Positions 51,104 through 59,773 of a DNA stretch of 64,000 bases are shown in pieces. Under the pieces are notes generated by a model, which worked only from the letters and a program-made list of their open reading frames with translations, did not search any database and was not told where the DNA came from. The stretch is from a virus: the IMG/VR virus record IMGVR_UViG_3300044641_004147, positions 29,347-93,346 of that record; one strand, given 5' to 3'. A program made the position numbers and the translations under genes. How positions within the stretch are numbered: position 1 is the first letter of the stretch; each line of letters opens with the position of its first letter.

Positions 51104-51751
51104 ATGATTATTGGCATCTGTGGATTCATTGGCAGCGGCAAAGACACTGCCGCAGACTATTTGGTTAACTTTCATGAATTTCGCCGTGAAAGTTTTGCTG
51201 GCATTCTCAAAGACGCAGTCTCGGCAGTGTTTGGCTGGGACAGAGAAATGCTAGAAGGTCGTACTAGGCAAAGCCGCGAATGGCGTGAACAGGTAGACTC
51301 ATGGTGGGGGCAAAGGCTCAACATTCCTGAATTAACCCCTAGGTGGGTCCTACAGTACTGGGGCACTGAAGTTCTACGCCGCGGGTTTCATGACGATATC
51401 TGGATTGCAGGACTAGAGAACAAATTGCGTACCAGCAGTGACAATGTAGTGATCAGTGACTGTAGATTCCCTAATGAAATCCAAGCAATTAAAAACCAAG
51501 GTGGCCGAGTAATCTGGGTTCAGCGTGGTACGTTACCTGAATGGCATGAATATGCTGTGGCTGTAAACAAAGGCCCCGGTCATATTGGTTGGGCTTTGGG
51601 CAAAGAGCGCCTGGGCAAATACAAAATACATGCCAGCGAAACCAGCTGGGTAGGCACAGACTTTGATGCTGTCATTGACAATAACGGATCATTGGATGAT
51701 CTGTACAATCAAATCAAAAATCTGGTACAAGATCCGCAGGCTTCCAACTAA
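51104..51751 (+). CDS. Deoxynucleoside monophosphate kinase (T4 gp1-like)
   Basis: IIGICGFIGSGKDT P-loop; TPRWVLQYWGTE; ISDCRFPNE; HASE motifs. Confidence 0.9.
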   Translation: MIIGICGFIGSGKDTAADYLVNFHEFRRESFAGILKDAVSAVFGWDREMLEGRTRQSREWREQVDSWWGQRLNIPELTPRWVLQYWGTEVLRRGFHDDIWIAGLENKLRTSSDNVVISDCRFPNEIQAIKNQGGRVIWVQRGTLPEWHEYAVAVNKGPGHIGWALGKERLGKYKIHASETSWVGTDFDAVIDNNGSLDDLYNQIKNLVQDPQASN

Positions 51752-52064
51752 GCCTACTTTTAAATACTTCCTGTTGACAGTTTAGGCATATAGTTTTTAA
51801 GTTAGGCCAACTGTTATTACGCAGATTTCCATCTAGATAAAATACCCTGAGTTGATCATCGGGGTATTTTGCTTTGAATCCACACTTCTCACACTGCGGT
51901 TTTTTTCTGTAACCGTGCTTGAACCAAGACGGCGGTTGTGGCTTAGGCGTGCGACCTTTGTGTATGCAACTGGTACACATTCTTCTATAATGTGTGACAC
52001 CGTTCTTAACATAGTTAATTGCCACTGGATGTTGGCCGCATTGGCATAAAGATCTACATTGCAT
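51714..52064 (-). CDS. Zinc-binding HNH-like protein with a degenerate active site
   Basis: Cys pairs CQC, CTSC, CEKC and CLNC; LRVFYLDGNLRNNSWPNL in place of the usual VHHxDG..NN...NL. Confidence 0.65.
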   Translation of the reverse strand: MQCRSLCQCGQHPVAINYVKNGVTHYRRMCTSCIHKGRTPKPQPPSWFKHGYRKKPQCEKCGFKAKYPDDQLRVFYLDGNLRNNSWPNLKTICLNCQQEVFKSRLSWKPADLVPDF

Positions 52065-52068
52065 ATAG

Positions 52069-52074
52069 TATTTA
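52069..52074 (-). promoter_or_regulatory. Late promoter TAAATA, (near-)leaderless
   Basis: The minus strand reads gaTAAATActatATG. Confidence 0.6.
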
Positions 52075-52108
52075 TCGTGCTGACCTTTGCAAAGGACCTG
52101 TAACGATA

Positions 52109-52157
52109 TCCTTTTATGCTGGCCAGAATAAATAACTACAATGTAATCTTAAAAGGA
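52109..52157 (+). promoter_or_regulatory. Late promoter TAAATA (52129-52134) enclosed by an inverted repeat that pairs with the sheath SD
   Basis: TCCTTTTA (52109-16) pairs with TAAAAGGA (52150-57). Confidence 0.6.
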
Positions 52158-52164
52158 AAATCAT

Positions 52165-55100
52165 ATGGCAGCATTAGTATCCCCTGGCATTAGCATCACA
52201 GTTATCGACGAAAGCCAATACTTACCAACCGCGGTTGGAACAGTTCCTTTCGTGCTATTTGCTAGTGCCGAGAATAAAGTAGTAAACAACGCCATTGCCC
52301 CGGGTACCAAGAAAGCCAATGCAGGCAAGGTATATGGTATTAGCAGCCAACGAGAATTAGTAGCCACATTTGGTGCTCCTACATTCCGTTTGAGTGCTTC
52401 TGGTACTCCGCTACATGGCAATGAGCTAAACGAATACGGTCTATTAGCCGCTTACAGCGCACTAGGCGTAGGTAATCGTGTCTGGGCCATCCGTGCCGAT
52501 ATTAACTTAGATGAGTTAGTTGGCACCACAGTTCGCCCAATCGGTGAAGTACCCGATGGTACTAACTGGTTAGACACCGCAGAAACAGAATGGGGTGTTT
52601 ACGAATACGATCAAATCAATAACGATTATGTGAACAAGGTTCCGCTGATTATTTCTAGCTGGAATGATATCACAGTCACCGGTGGTGTACCAACACCAAA
52701 CCAAAGCCTAGGCACAATTGGTGCTTATGCAGTGGTAGTTCGTGATGCTAATAACTACACATTCTACAAAAATAGTCTCAATGACTGGGTACAAATTGGC
52801 AGTTTAGATTGGCAAAATAGCCACCCTGCTGTATCTGGTACAAACAGCAGTCCTAACTTTACCGCAGGCAGAAGTTTCAGCATCAACGGCGTTGCTGTAA
52901 ATATTCCAGCTGGTACGCCTGATGTGGCCACCGTGGTTACTATTATTAATGCTCTAAACATCAATGGTGTTACTGCCGATATTGTCAATGGTTTCCTAGC
53001 ACTATATGTAGATGGAACCAGTAGCAGCACAGGCGGAACAGCCAATGGCGCTATTGCACTAGTCGACGGTACTGGTACAGGCCTAGCAGAACTAGGCATT
53101 GGTGCTGGCACATACTACGCTCCAGAGCTATACTATGGTAGTTTTAACCAAAACCCAAGTTGGAGCAGCTTTGATCCAATTCCTCGACCAACAGGTTCTG
53201 TATGGTTGAAGACCAGTGTTGCTGGCAATGGTGCAAACTTTGCAGTTAAGCAGTGGAATGGCACAACCAAGGCCTGGAACAAGTTGGCTACACCAATTTA
53301 CGCCGATGGATATGATGCACTATACGGTCTAGACAGCACCGGTGGTGGCCAGAATCTTCGTGCAGGTGCTATGTTTGTTAAGTATGACACCAACAATAAC
53401 GGCAACCTAAGCTTCAAACTATACGAATTAGTAATGGGCGGCAAGGTTGAAGTGTCTGGTTCTACTGTAGCCGGATCATTTGTATCTGGCAGCACATTTA
53501 CAATGCTAGTAAGCCAGCCTGGCACAAACATGCCAAGCACATACAATATTACAATCACTGGTACAAACGCCAGCGATTTTGTTACAGCTATTCTAGCCGC
53601 TAACATTCCTAATGTCACAGCCCGTGTAAACGGAGCAGGCGTAATCACAGTTCTGCACAATGCTGGTGGTTTAGTTACATTAGTTAATACTACAGTTGGC
53701 ACTAACCCAATTACCACAGCTGGCTTTACCACCAGCACCGTTGGCGTAGTTCCAAATCTAGTACCTGGTAGCATCACGCTAACCAACTGGCGTCTAGCTA
53801 CATACACATTCAGTGACACTGAGCCATACACAGCACCAGATGATGGTCGTCTATGGTACTACAGCGATCCTACAGCAGTTGATATCATGATCTGTGACAC
53901 CAATGGCTGGAAGGGTTACAAGAATGTAGCTCGTGATGCTCGTGGCTTTAACCTACAAGTAACTGATCCAGGTGGCGTTATTATTGCTGCCAGCGAGCCA
54001 GTTACACAAAGTGATGGCACACAGCTAGAGCCGGGTGATCTATGGTTAGACAGCAGTGATCTAGAAAACTATCCAAAACTATATCGCCGTACTGCTACTA
54101 ACAGATGGCAACTAATTGATAACACCGACAGCATTAGCCAAAACGGTATTGTATTTGCTGATGTTCGTTGGGATGGTGACAGCAACCACACTGGTGGTAA
54201 CACAGATCCGATCTCTGGAGATTATCCTAGCTGTGCAGACATGCAGTCCAGCAACTATATTGACTTAGACGCTCCGGATTTCCGCTTGTTCCCACGCGGC
54301 ACATTGCTATTCAACACTCGTCGTAGCGGCTACAATGTTAAGAAATACATTGGTAACTACTTCAATGCACAGGCATTCCCAAATAACATTCTGCCAACAG
54401 TCAAGGCAGCTTGGGTCACAGATAGTGGCAACAAGCAAGATGGTACACCATATGCTGGACACTGGGCACAGCGAGCAGTTATTGTTCGTGCTCTAAAGGC
54501 AGCACTAGACGGAAGCCTAGACATCCGCGAAGAAGGTTATAACTTTAACCTATTGACCTGCTCTGGATATCCAGAGTTGATACCTAACTTGATCGCACTA
54601 AACAACGATCGTAGCAACACAGGCTTTATCATTGGCGACACACCGATGACATTGCCAGCTACAATCAGTGACATCACTAACTACAACAATACTGTAGCAG
54701 TGAATCGCGATCCGTATGTGGCTCTGTACTATCCAAGTGCATTGACTAACGACCTAAGTGGTAACGAAGTTGCAGTACCTGCTAGCCATATTATGTTACG
54801 CACATACATTCGCAACGACAATGTAGCATATCAGTGGTTTGCACCAGCCGGTACACGCCGCGGTCTAGTAGACAATGCTACAGCAATTGGATATGTTGAT
54901 GCTAGAAGTGGATTGTTTGTTAATACCGGTATTGGCAAGGGTCTGCGCGATGCACTATATGAACTAAATCTAAACCCAATTACTTTACTGTTGGGTACAG
55001 GTCTAGTAGTGTATGGTCAGAAGACACGCAACCCAGTATCCAGCGCACTGGATCGTGTAAACGTTGCACGACTGGTAAACTATTTGCGTGTGGTGCTACA

Positions 55101-55374
55101 ACCACTGGCCAACCAATTCTTGTTTGAGCCAAATGACAAGATCACTCGTGATCAAGTTAAGCAGGTTGTTGAAAGTGTACTAAATGATCTAGTAGCCAAG
55201 CGTGGTCTGTATGATTACTTGGTTGTCTGTGATAACAGCAACAATACACCAGACCGTATCGCAAGAAACGAGCTGTACATCGATATCGCTGTCGAGCCAA
55301 TGAAGGCTGTAGAATTTATCTACATTCCAATTCGCTTGAAGAACCCAGGTGCCATCAGCGGAGGCACAGCTTAA
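52165..55374 (+). CDS. Contractile tail sheath protein (T4 gp18-like), 1069 aa with large insertions
   Basis: LVSPGISITVIDESQY N-terminus; WFAPAGTRRG, GQKT, DRVNVARL, FLFEPND, NNTPDRIARNELYIDIAVEPMKAVEFIYI. Confidence 0.95.
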   Translation: MAALVSPGISITVIDESQYLPTAVGTVPFVLFASAENKVVNNAIAPGTKKANAGKVYGISSQRELVATFGAPTFRLSASGTPLHGNELNEYGLLAAYSALGVGNRVWAIRADINLDELVGTTVRPIGEVPDGTNWLDTAETEWGVYEYDQINNDYVNKVPLIISSWNDITVTGGVPTPNQSLGTIGAYAVVVRDANNYTFYKNSLNDWVQIGSLDWQNSHPAVSGTNSSPNFTAGRSFSINGVAVNIPAGTPDVATVVTIINALNINGVTADIVNGFLALYVDGTSSSTGGTANGAIALVDGTGTGLAELGIGAGTYYAPELYYGSFNQNPSWSSFDPIPRPTGSVWLKTSVAGNGANFAVKQWNGTTKAWNKLATPIYADGYDALYGLDSTGGGQNLRAGAMFVKYDTNNNGNLSFKLYELVMGGKVEVSGSTVAGSFVSGSTFTMLVSQPGTNMPSTYNITITGTNASDFVTAILAANIPNVTARVNGAGVITVLHNAGGLVTLVNTTVGTNPITTAGFTTSTVGVVPNLVPGSITLTNWRLATYTFSDTEPYTAPDDGRLWYYSDPTAVDIMICDTNGWKGYKNVARDARGFNLQVTDPGGVIIAASEPVTQSDGTQLEPGDLWLDSSDLENYPKLYRRTATNRWQLIDNTDSISQNGIVFADVRWDGDSNHTGGNTDPISGDYPSCADMQSSNYIDLDAPDFRLFPRGTLLFNTRRSGYNVKKYIGNYFNAQAFPNNILPTVKAAWVTDSGNKQDGTPYAGHWAQRAVIVRALKAALDGSLDIREEGYNFNLLTCSGYPELIPNLIALNNDRSNTGFIIGDTPMTLPATISDITNYNNTVAVNRDPYVALYYPSALTNDLSGNEVAVPASHIMLRTYIRNDNVAYQWFAPAGTRRGLVDNATAIGYVDARSGLFVNTGIGKGLRDALYELNLNPITLLLGTGLVVYGQKTRNPVSSALDRVNVARLVNYLRVVLQPLANQFLFEPNDKITRDQVKQVVESVLNDLVAKRGLYDYLVVCDNSNNTPDRIARNELYIDIAVEPMKAVEFIYIPIRLKNPGAISGGTA

Positions 55375-55384
55375 TATAGGTACA

Positions 55385-55411
55385 TAATGGAGCAGAGACC
55401 CTGCTCCATTA
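55385..55411. terminator. Perfect 11-bp stem-loop after the sheath gene
   Basis: TAATGGAGCAG-agacc-CTGCTCCATTA; no long T-tract. Confidence 0.6.
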
Positions 55412-55427
55412 CCAGACTTAAATTAGG

Positions 55428-55433
55428 TAAATA
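55428..55433 (+). promoter_or_regulatory. Late promoter TAAATA for the tail tube gene
   Basis: ggTAAATAtttgcaacAGGAGacgaaaatATG. Confidence 0.65.
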
Positions 55434-55454
55434 TTTGCAACAGGAGACGAAAAT

Positions 55455-56072
55455 ATGGCAATCGCATCGTTGACGAGATTCACAGTACCGTTGGCCACTG
55501 ACCAAAGCGCCAGTAGCCAGGGACTATTGATGCCAAAATTGCCCTTCCGCTTTAGGGCCAGTTTTGAGGGGTTTGGCGTTAGTGCTAACAAAGTAGAACT
55601 AACAAAACAAGTAGTAAGTTTTGCACGACCAACAGTTACATTTGGTGACATTGATATTCATGTTTATAACAGTATTGTCCGATTGGCAGGTAAGCCAACT
55701 TGGAACGATATTCAAGTTGTACTGCGTGACGATGCTCCAGGTAATGTTACCAAGTTGGTTGGTGAACAACTTCAGAAGCAATTTGACTTCATGGAACAAA
55801 GTAGTGCTGCCTCGGGCATTGACTACAAGTTTATCACACGCTGCGAAATGCTAGACGGTGGTAACGGAGTCAACGAACCGACAGTGTTGGAAACATGGGA
55901 ACTATATGGTTGCTATATCCAAAGTGCGGCATATGGCGAATTAAACTACAGCACTAACGATCCTGTGCAGATTACACTGACACTAAAGTTCGATAATGCT
56001 GTTCAGACACCTGGAGGCGTTGGAATTGGTACATTCATTGGACGTACCATTGGAACTAACGTAACACAATAA
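55455..56072 (+). CDS. Tail tube protein (T4 gp19-like)
   Basis: Directly after the sheath gene; LAGKPTWNDIQVVLRDD...WELYGCYI...YGELNY...ITLTLKFDNA. Confidence 0.9.
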   Translation: MAIASLTRFTVPLATDQSASSQGLLMPKLPFRFRASFEGFGVSANKVELTKQVVSFARPTVTFGDIDIHVYNSIVRLAGKPTWNDIQVVLRDDAPGNVTKLVGEQLQKQFDFMEQSSAASGIDYKFITRCEMLDGGNGVNEPTVLETWELYGCYIQSAAYGELNYSTNDPVQITLTLKFDNAVQTPGGVGIGTFIGRTIGTNVTQ

Positions 56073-56090
56073 CGCCCTGGTGACACCCTT

Positions 56091-56119
56091 AATGCCCGGT
56101 TTAGGCCGGGCATTTTTTT
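56091..56119 (+). terminator. Rho-independent terminator
   Basis: AATGCCCGGT-ttag-GCCGGGCATT followed by a T-run. Confidence 0.9.
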
Positions 56120-56123
56120 GACA

Positions 56124-56129
56124 TAAATA
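56124..56129 (+). promoter_or_regulatory. Late promoter TAAATA, leaderless
   Basis: caTAAATAttgttATG (5-nt spacer). Confidence 0.7.
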
Positions 56130-56134
56130 TTGTT

Positions 56135-57838
56135 ATGGCAAATATTTTCAGCGACATTTTTAAATTTGCAGGTTCGGTTATTAACCAGGCCCTGACTCCG
56201 GATAACCTACGGGACTACAGACACGCCAGCAAATTATTCGTCGACGACCAATACAGACTACTGCCCAAGATGGGCTATCTGTTTCATGTGGCATTCGACA
56301 TCAACGATCCACAGGCTACTAGATCAGATCCACAGAATCCGAATGCACTTAGAGAACTTGGAATGTTGGTTAAGTCTGTGAGCTTGCCTAAGTTTTCCAT
56401 TGATACAAAAAAATATAACGCATACAATCGTCCGAACTATGCACAGAGTAAAATCAACTACGATCCTATTACTATTACATTTCACGATGACAGTGCCAAT
56501 GTAATTAGAAACTTTTGGTTTGACTATTTTAATTACTATTACAGGGACAGCGATTATCAACAAGAGATGTATGGGATTCCTCACAAATACGAAAGTTCGA
56601 GACCATCAGACAAATGGGGATATTCACCAAGGCTGCAAATGGCACCAAGCTATCTTAATTCAATAAGAATTTACAGTTTGCATCAAAAGAAGTTCAGTGA
56701 ATATGTGTTGATCAATCCAATCATTAAAACTTTTAGACATGGTGATCACCAACAAGGATCTAACGAAACAGTTCAACATGAAATGACCATTGAATACGAA
56801 AGTATTCTTTACTTCTATGGATCTGTAACGCCTAGTAATGTCAAAGGCTTTGCTGATTTGCATTACGATAAGATGCCCAGTCCACTGACTCCTGCTGGCG
56901 GTGGCACAAAGAGTATTTTAGGTCCCGGTGGCCTATTAGATACTGCCGATGATGTTATACGCGATATAAAAGATAATAATTACGGTTCGGCTCTTTTCAA
57001 AGGGCTCAAGGGATTAAAGACTGCTGGCAGCATGGATTTGAAAAAAGCTGCGGTTGGTGAACTGCTAGGTATAGGTACAGGTATACTGCGAGGTAACAAT
57101 CCACAGAATAGTATTTTTATTCCTAGCTTGCCTAGTCTGGGCGGCGCCTTGAGTTCTATCAGTGGCGGTGGGTTTGGAGGAGCATTAGGTGCAGGCCTAC
57201 TAGGCGGCGTACTAGGAGGCGGGTCTGGTATTCAGTCAGGCGCCAGTAGCTGGCTCAGTGCTTTTACCAGCCAGCCGCTATTGTTATCCGGTGGAGGTTC
57301 TTCTAATCAAGAAATGAGTGATGCTACCAGTTATCTAGAAGGGGTAGCACCTTATTCATCATATTATGATTTTCCTGGCCCTGACGGAGAAGAAAATTTT
57401 ATCAACGGTTACAATATCAGTGATGCATATAGCGGAGAAACAACGCTCAGCGATTTAGGATACAGCCCAGGGCCAAGCAATCAAGGAAATATGTTTGACT
57501 ATGGCGAAATACAGGACTTAGATAACAACATTAATATAGGCACATCGGCTTTGTATGATCTTGAAGTTGAAGCCAACCAACTAAAAGAACAACAACAGCT
57601 AACAGTTGATGCCGTCAACTCTTTAGATACTAAAAAACAAGAATTATTAGGACTGGGTCTAACCGAAGACGACCCAGATGTCATTGAATTAAATCAACAG
57701 ATCGAAATGCAAATAGCCATTGCCAGCGACCAAGACAGCAGGCTCAATGAGCTTAGTGATAAGAGCACCAATTTGGCCGCCGAAGTTGAGCGACAGATTG
57801 TCAAGAAAGAAGGCTTAACCGGAGTAGGCGGAATATGA
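56135..57838 (+). CDS. Tube-fold baseplate/tube-initiator-like protein (gp48/gp54-like) with Gly-zipper and acidic coiled-coil extension
   Basis: VKSVSLPKF...INYDPITITFHDD tube-like motif; GGALGAGLLGGVLGG segment; acidic heptad C-terminus. Confidence 0.6.
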   Translation: MANIFSDIFKFAGSVINQALTPDNLRDYRHASKLFVDDQYRLLPKMGYLFHVAFDINDPQATRSDPQNPNALRELGMLVKSVSLPKFSIDTKKYNAYNRPNYAQSKINYDPITITFHDDSANVIRNFWFDYFNYYYRDSDYQQEMYGIPHKYESSRPSDKWGYSPRLQMAPSYLNSIRIYSLHQKKFSEYVLINPIIKTFRHGDHQQGSNETVQHEMTIEYESILYFYGSVTPSNVKGFADLHYDKMPSPLTPAGGGTKSILGPGGLLDTADDVIRDIKDNNYGSALFKGLKGLKTAGSMDLKKAAVGELLGIGTGILRGNNPQNSIFIPSLPSLGGALSSISGGGFGGALGAGLLGGVLGGGSGIQSGASSWLSAFTSQPLLLSGGGSSNQEMSDATSYLEGVAPYSSYYDFPGPDGEENFINGYNISDAYSGETTLSDLGYSPGPSNQGNMFDYGEIQDLDNNINIGTSALYDLEVEANQLKEQQQLTVDAVNSLDTKKQELLGLGLTEDDPDVIELNQQIEMQIAIASDQDSRLNELSDKSTNLAAEVERQIVKKEGLTGVGGI

Positions 57839-58203
57839 ACACAAACAATCTAGGCACAATCGACATAAACAGTCGAAGCAATGCATCTAACTTTTTCAAC
57901 AATTTAACTTTACCTAGTATATCAGTTAGTCAAAATGTCGACGATGCAATCATTGGCTATTTTCAGCAGGTAGCTGAAAATAAAGAAGCCGCAAAGGCAT
58001 TAGCATCTGCGGTTATTCTAACCAGCGTGAGCCAAGGCATTGATCCAATGGAAACTTTGCAACAATTTATGAAAATGGGCAAGGCAGAGCTCAATGGTTA
58101 CTTAACAATGTTTTTAAACTTAAACAGAGTTGGAACCAGTTACCTAGGTATCAGTAATCAGCCAGTGACTGGCAAATATGTCGCAAGAACTATATTACCA
58201 TAA
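57835..58203 (+). CDS. Hypothetical protein (probably baseplate-associated)
   Basis: ATGA overlap with the upstream gene and TAATG overlap with the downstream gene. Confidence 0.7.
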   Translation: MNTNNLGTIDINSRSNASNFFNNLTLPSISVSQNVDDAIIGYFQQVAENKEAAKALASAVILTSVSQGIDPMETLQQFMKMGKAELNGYLTMFLNLNRVGTSYLGISNQPVTGKYVARTILP

Positions 58204-58640
58204 TGGCCAAATACGCTAACGGAAAATTTCAAGTAAAGAATGCCGCAAAATATGTAGGCAAGAAACAACCTACCTATAGGTCAGGTTGGGAATTTACTTT
58301 TATGCAGTTTTGCGACAACAATCCTGCTGTGGTTAATTGGGCCAGCGAACCTTTTATGATTCCCTATAGGAATCCTTTTACTGGCAAGAATACAATTTAT
58401 GTACCGGATTTTATGATAGTCTATGTTGACAAAAATCAACAGAAACATGCAGAGGTAGTAGAAGTCAAACCACGCAAAGAAGTTAGCATGGAAAGTGCCC
58501 GCAGTGACAGAGATCGAGCTGCCGCTGCATTGAATGCTGCCAAATGGATGGCTGCTAAAGCCTGGTGTGCCCAACAGGGTCTGCACTTCCGTATAGTAAC
58601 CGAAGAAGATATCTATGCTGGTATCAAAAAAACCCGCTAA
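58203..58640 (+). CDS. Head completion nuclease, T4 gp4-like (TnsA-type PD-(D/E)xK)
   Basis: KYVG..PTYRSGWE..FM.FCD.NP.V..WASE...YVPDF...VEVKP...KW.AA..WC...FRIVTE. Confidence 0.85.
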   Translation: MAKYANGKFQVKNAAKYVGKKQPTYRSGWEFTFMQFCDNNPAVVNWASEPFMIPYRNPFTGKNTIYVPDFMIVYVDKNQQKHAEVVEVKPRKEVSMESARSDRDRAAAALNAAKWMAAKAWCAQQGLHFRIVTEEDIYAGIKKTR

Positions 58641-58643
58641 ATA
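58638..58643 (+). promoter_or_regulatory. Late promoter TAAATA overlapping a stop codon, leaderless
   Basis: cgcTAAATAtctgcATG (5-nt spacer). Confidence 0.65.
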
Positions 58644-58648
58644 TCTGC

Positions 58649-59146
58649 ATGACCAAAAAACTTGAAGAATTTTTTAACTTGCCCGAATCTGGTTTAGAGC
58701 AACCTGCAGGTGCCGAAGCTGATATTGAGCAAAAGAAAGAACTCATTACCAGTGCAGAAAACATTATTGATCGTATAGATCGTGCGCTACCTGAAGTTCG
58801 TGAACTTGACGGCGCCGACGATGAGCTAGACGAATTAGCTAAACTGGCCAGAGACAAGTTTGAGGACTTAATGGACTTAGGAATGAATGTAGAGGCACGC
58901 TACAGCGGCCAAATACTGCAAACTGCTGGTATACTGCTAGGTCATGCACTAACAGCCAAGCAGGCTAAAATTGACAAAAAACTACGCATGGTTGATCTGC
59001 AATTGAAAAAAATGCGCTTAGATCAAGTATCGGCCAAGGAAGGCAATGGCCCAACGCCCTTAGAAGGACAAGCAGTAGTTTTAGATAGAAATGAACTACT
59101 AAAGCAAATTCTCAGCGAGCGCAATGACTCAAAGAAATTACAGTAG
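58649..59146 (+). CDS. Helical protein, possible terminase small subunit (gp16-like)
   Basis: The true start is ATG 58649 (165 aa). A coiled-coil core and short C-terminal VVLDRNELLKQI recall the gp16 architecture; the function is inferred. Confidence 0.4.
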   Translation: MTKKLEEFFNLPESGLEQPAGAEADIEQKKELITSAENIIDRIDRALPEVRELDGADDELDELAKLARDKFEDLMDLGMNVEARYSGQILQTAGILLGHALTAKQAKIDKKLRMVDLQLKKMRLDQVSAKEGNGPTPLEGQAVVLDRNELLKQILSERNDSKKLQ

Positions 59147-59148
59147 CA

Positions 59149-59154
59149 TAAATA
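59149..59154 (+). promoter_or_regulatory. Late promoter TAAATA
   Basis: gcaTAAATAtag upstream of 59179. Confidence 0.6.
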
Positions 59155-59178
59155 TAGATAACTGGATTTATTATTACC

Positions 59179-59772
59179 ATGAAACCATTCACACAGTACC
59201 TGTACCATACGCAGAAAACCTATGAGTTTCGTGTAAAGGTCGCCGAGGTTGAAATGAGCGAAGAAAACCTGGCAAAAATTAAAAACGCATTAGAGGCTTA
59301 TGGCGTAGAAAGCATGGGCAAGCCTAAGCGTTTACCTATACAAGAACACACAGATTTTCCTAAGATGGGTCCTTGCGAATGTCACATCATTGACATTGGC
59401 CTAAAGTACCCAACAACCACAGAGCAATTACAGCACATTGTAGCCGAAAGAGCTATGTTAGACAAAGGTTGCGTATGTGTTTATACCAAGGATCAATTTG
59501 AACAAAACATGGTCACAGAGCCAGCACCAGCAAAGAAAGGTCCTGTGCTAACAGACCCAGATTTAGAAGATCAACCCGGCGCACAAGAACTAGTCGGCCA
59601 GGCTCGAGTTGGCAGCTTTATCAAAGAGCTAATAAAAAACAAGGAAACTAAATTTGAAATAGCCGGTAAAGAAAAAGCCGACCCTACAAGTTTAGACACA
59701 TTACCCCTAGGGACCAAGAGCCCAGTTGGCAGCAGCCAAAATAAAATACCAAGCCCCGTTAAAGGAAAATAA
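59179..59772 (+). CDS. Hypothetical late protein (probably head-associated)
   Basis: MKPFTQYL N-terminus resembles T4 capsid-targeting sequences. Confidence 0.7.
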   Translation: MKPFTQYLYHTQKTYEFRVKVAEVEMSEENLAKIKNALEAYGVESMGKPKRLPIQEHTDFPKMGPCECHIIDIGLKYPTTTEQLQHIVAERAMLDKGCVCVYTKDQFEQNMVTEPAPAKKGPVLTDPDLEDQPGAQELVGQARVGSFIKELIKNKETKFEIAGKEKADPTSLDTLPLGTKSPVGSSQNKIPSPVKGK

Positions 59773-59773
59773 A

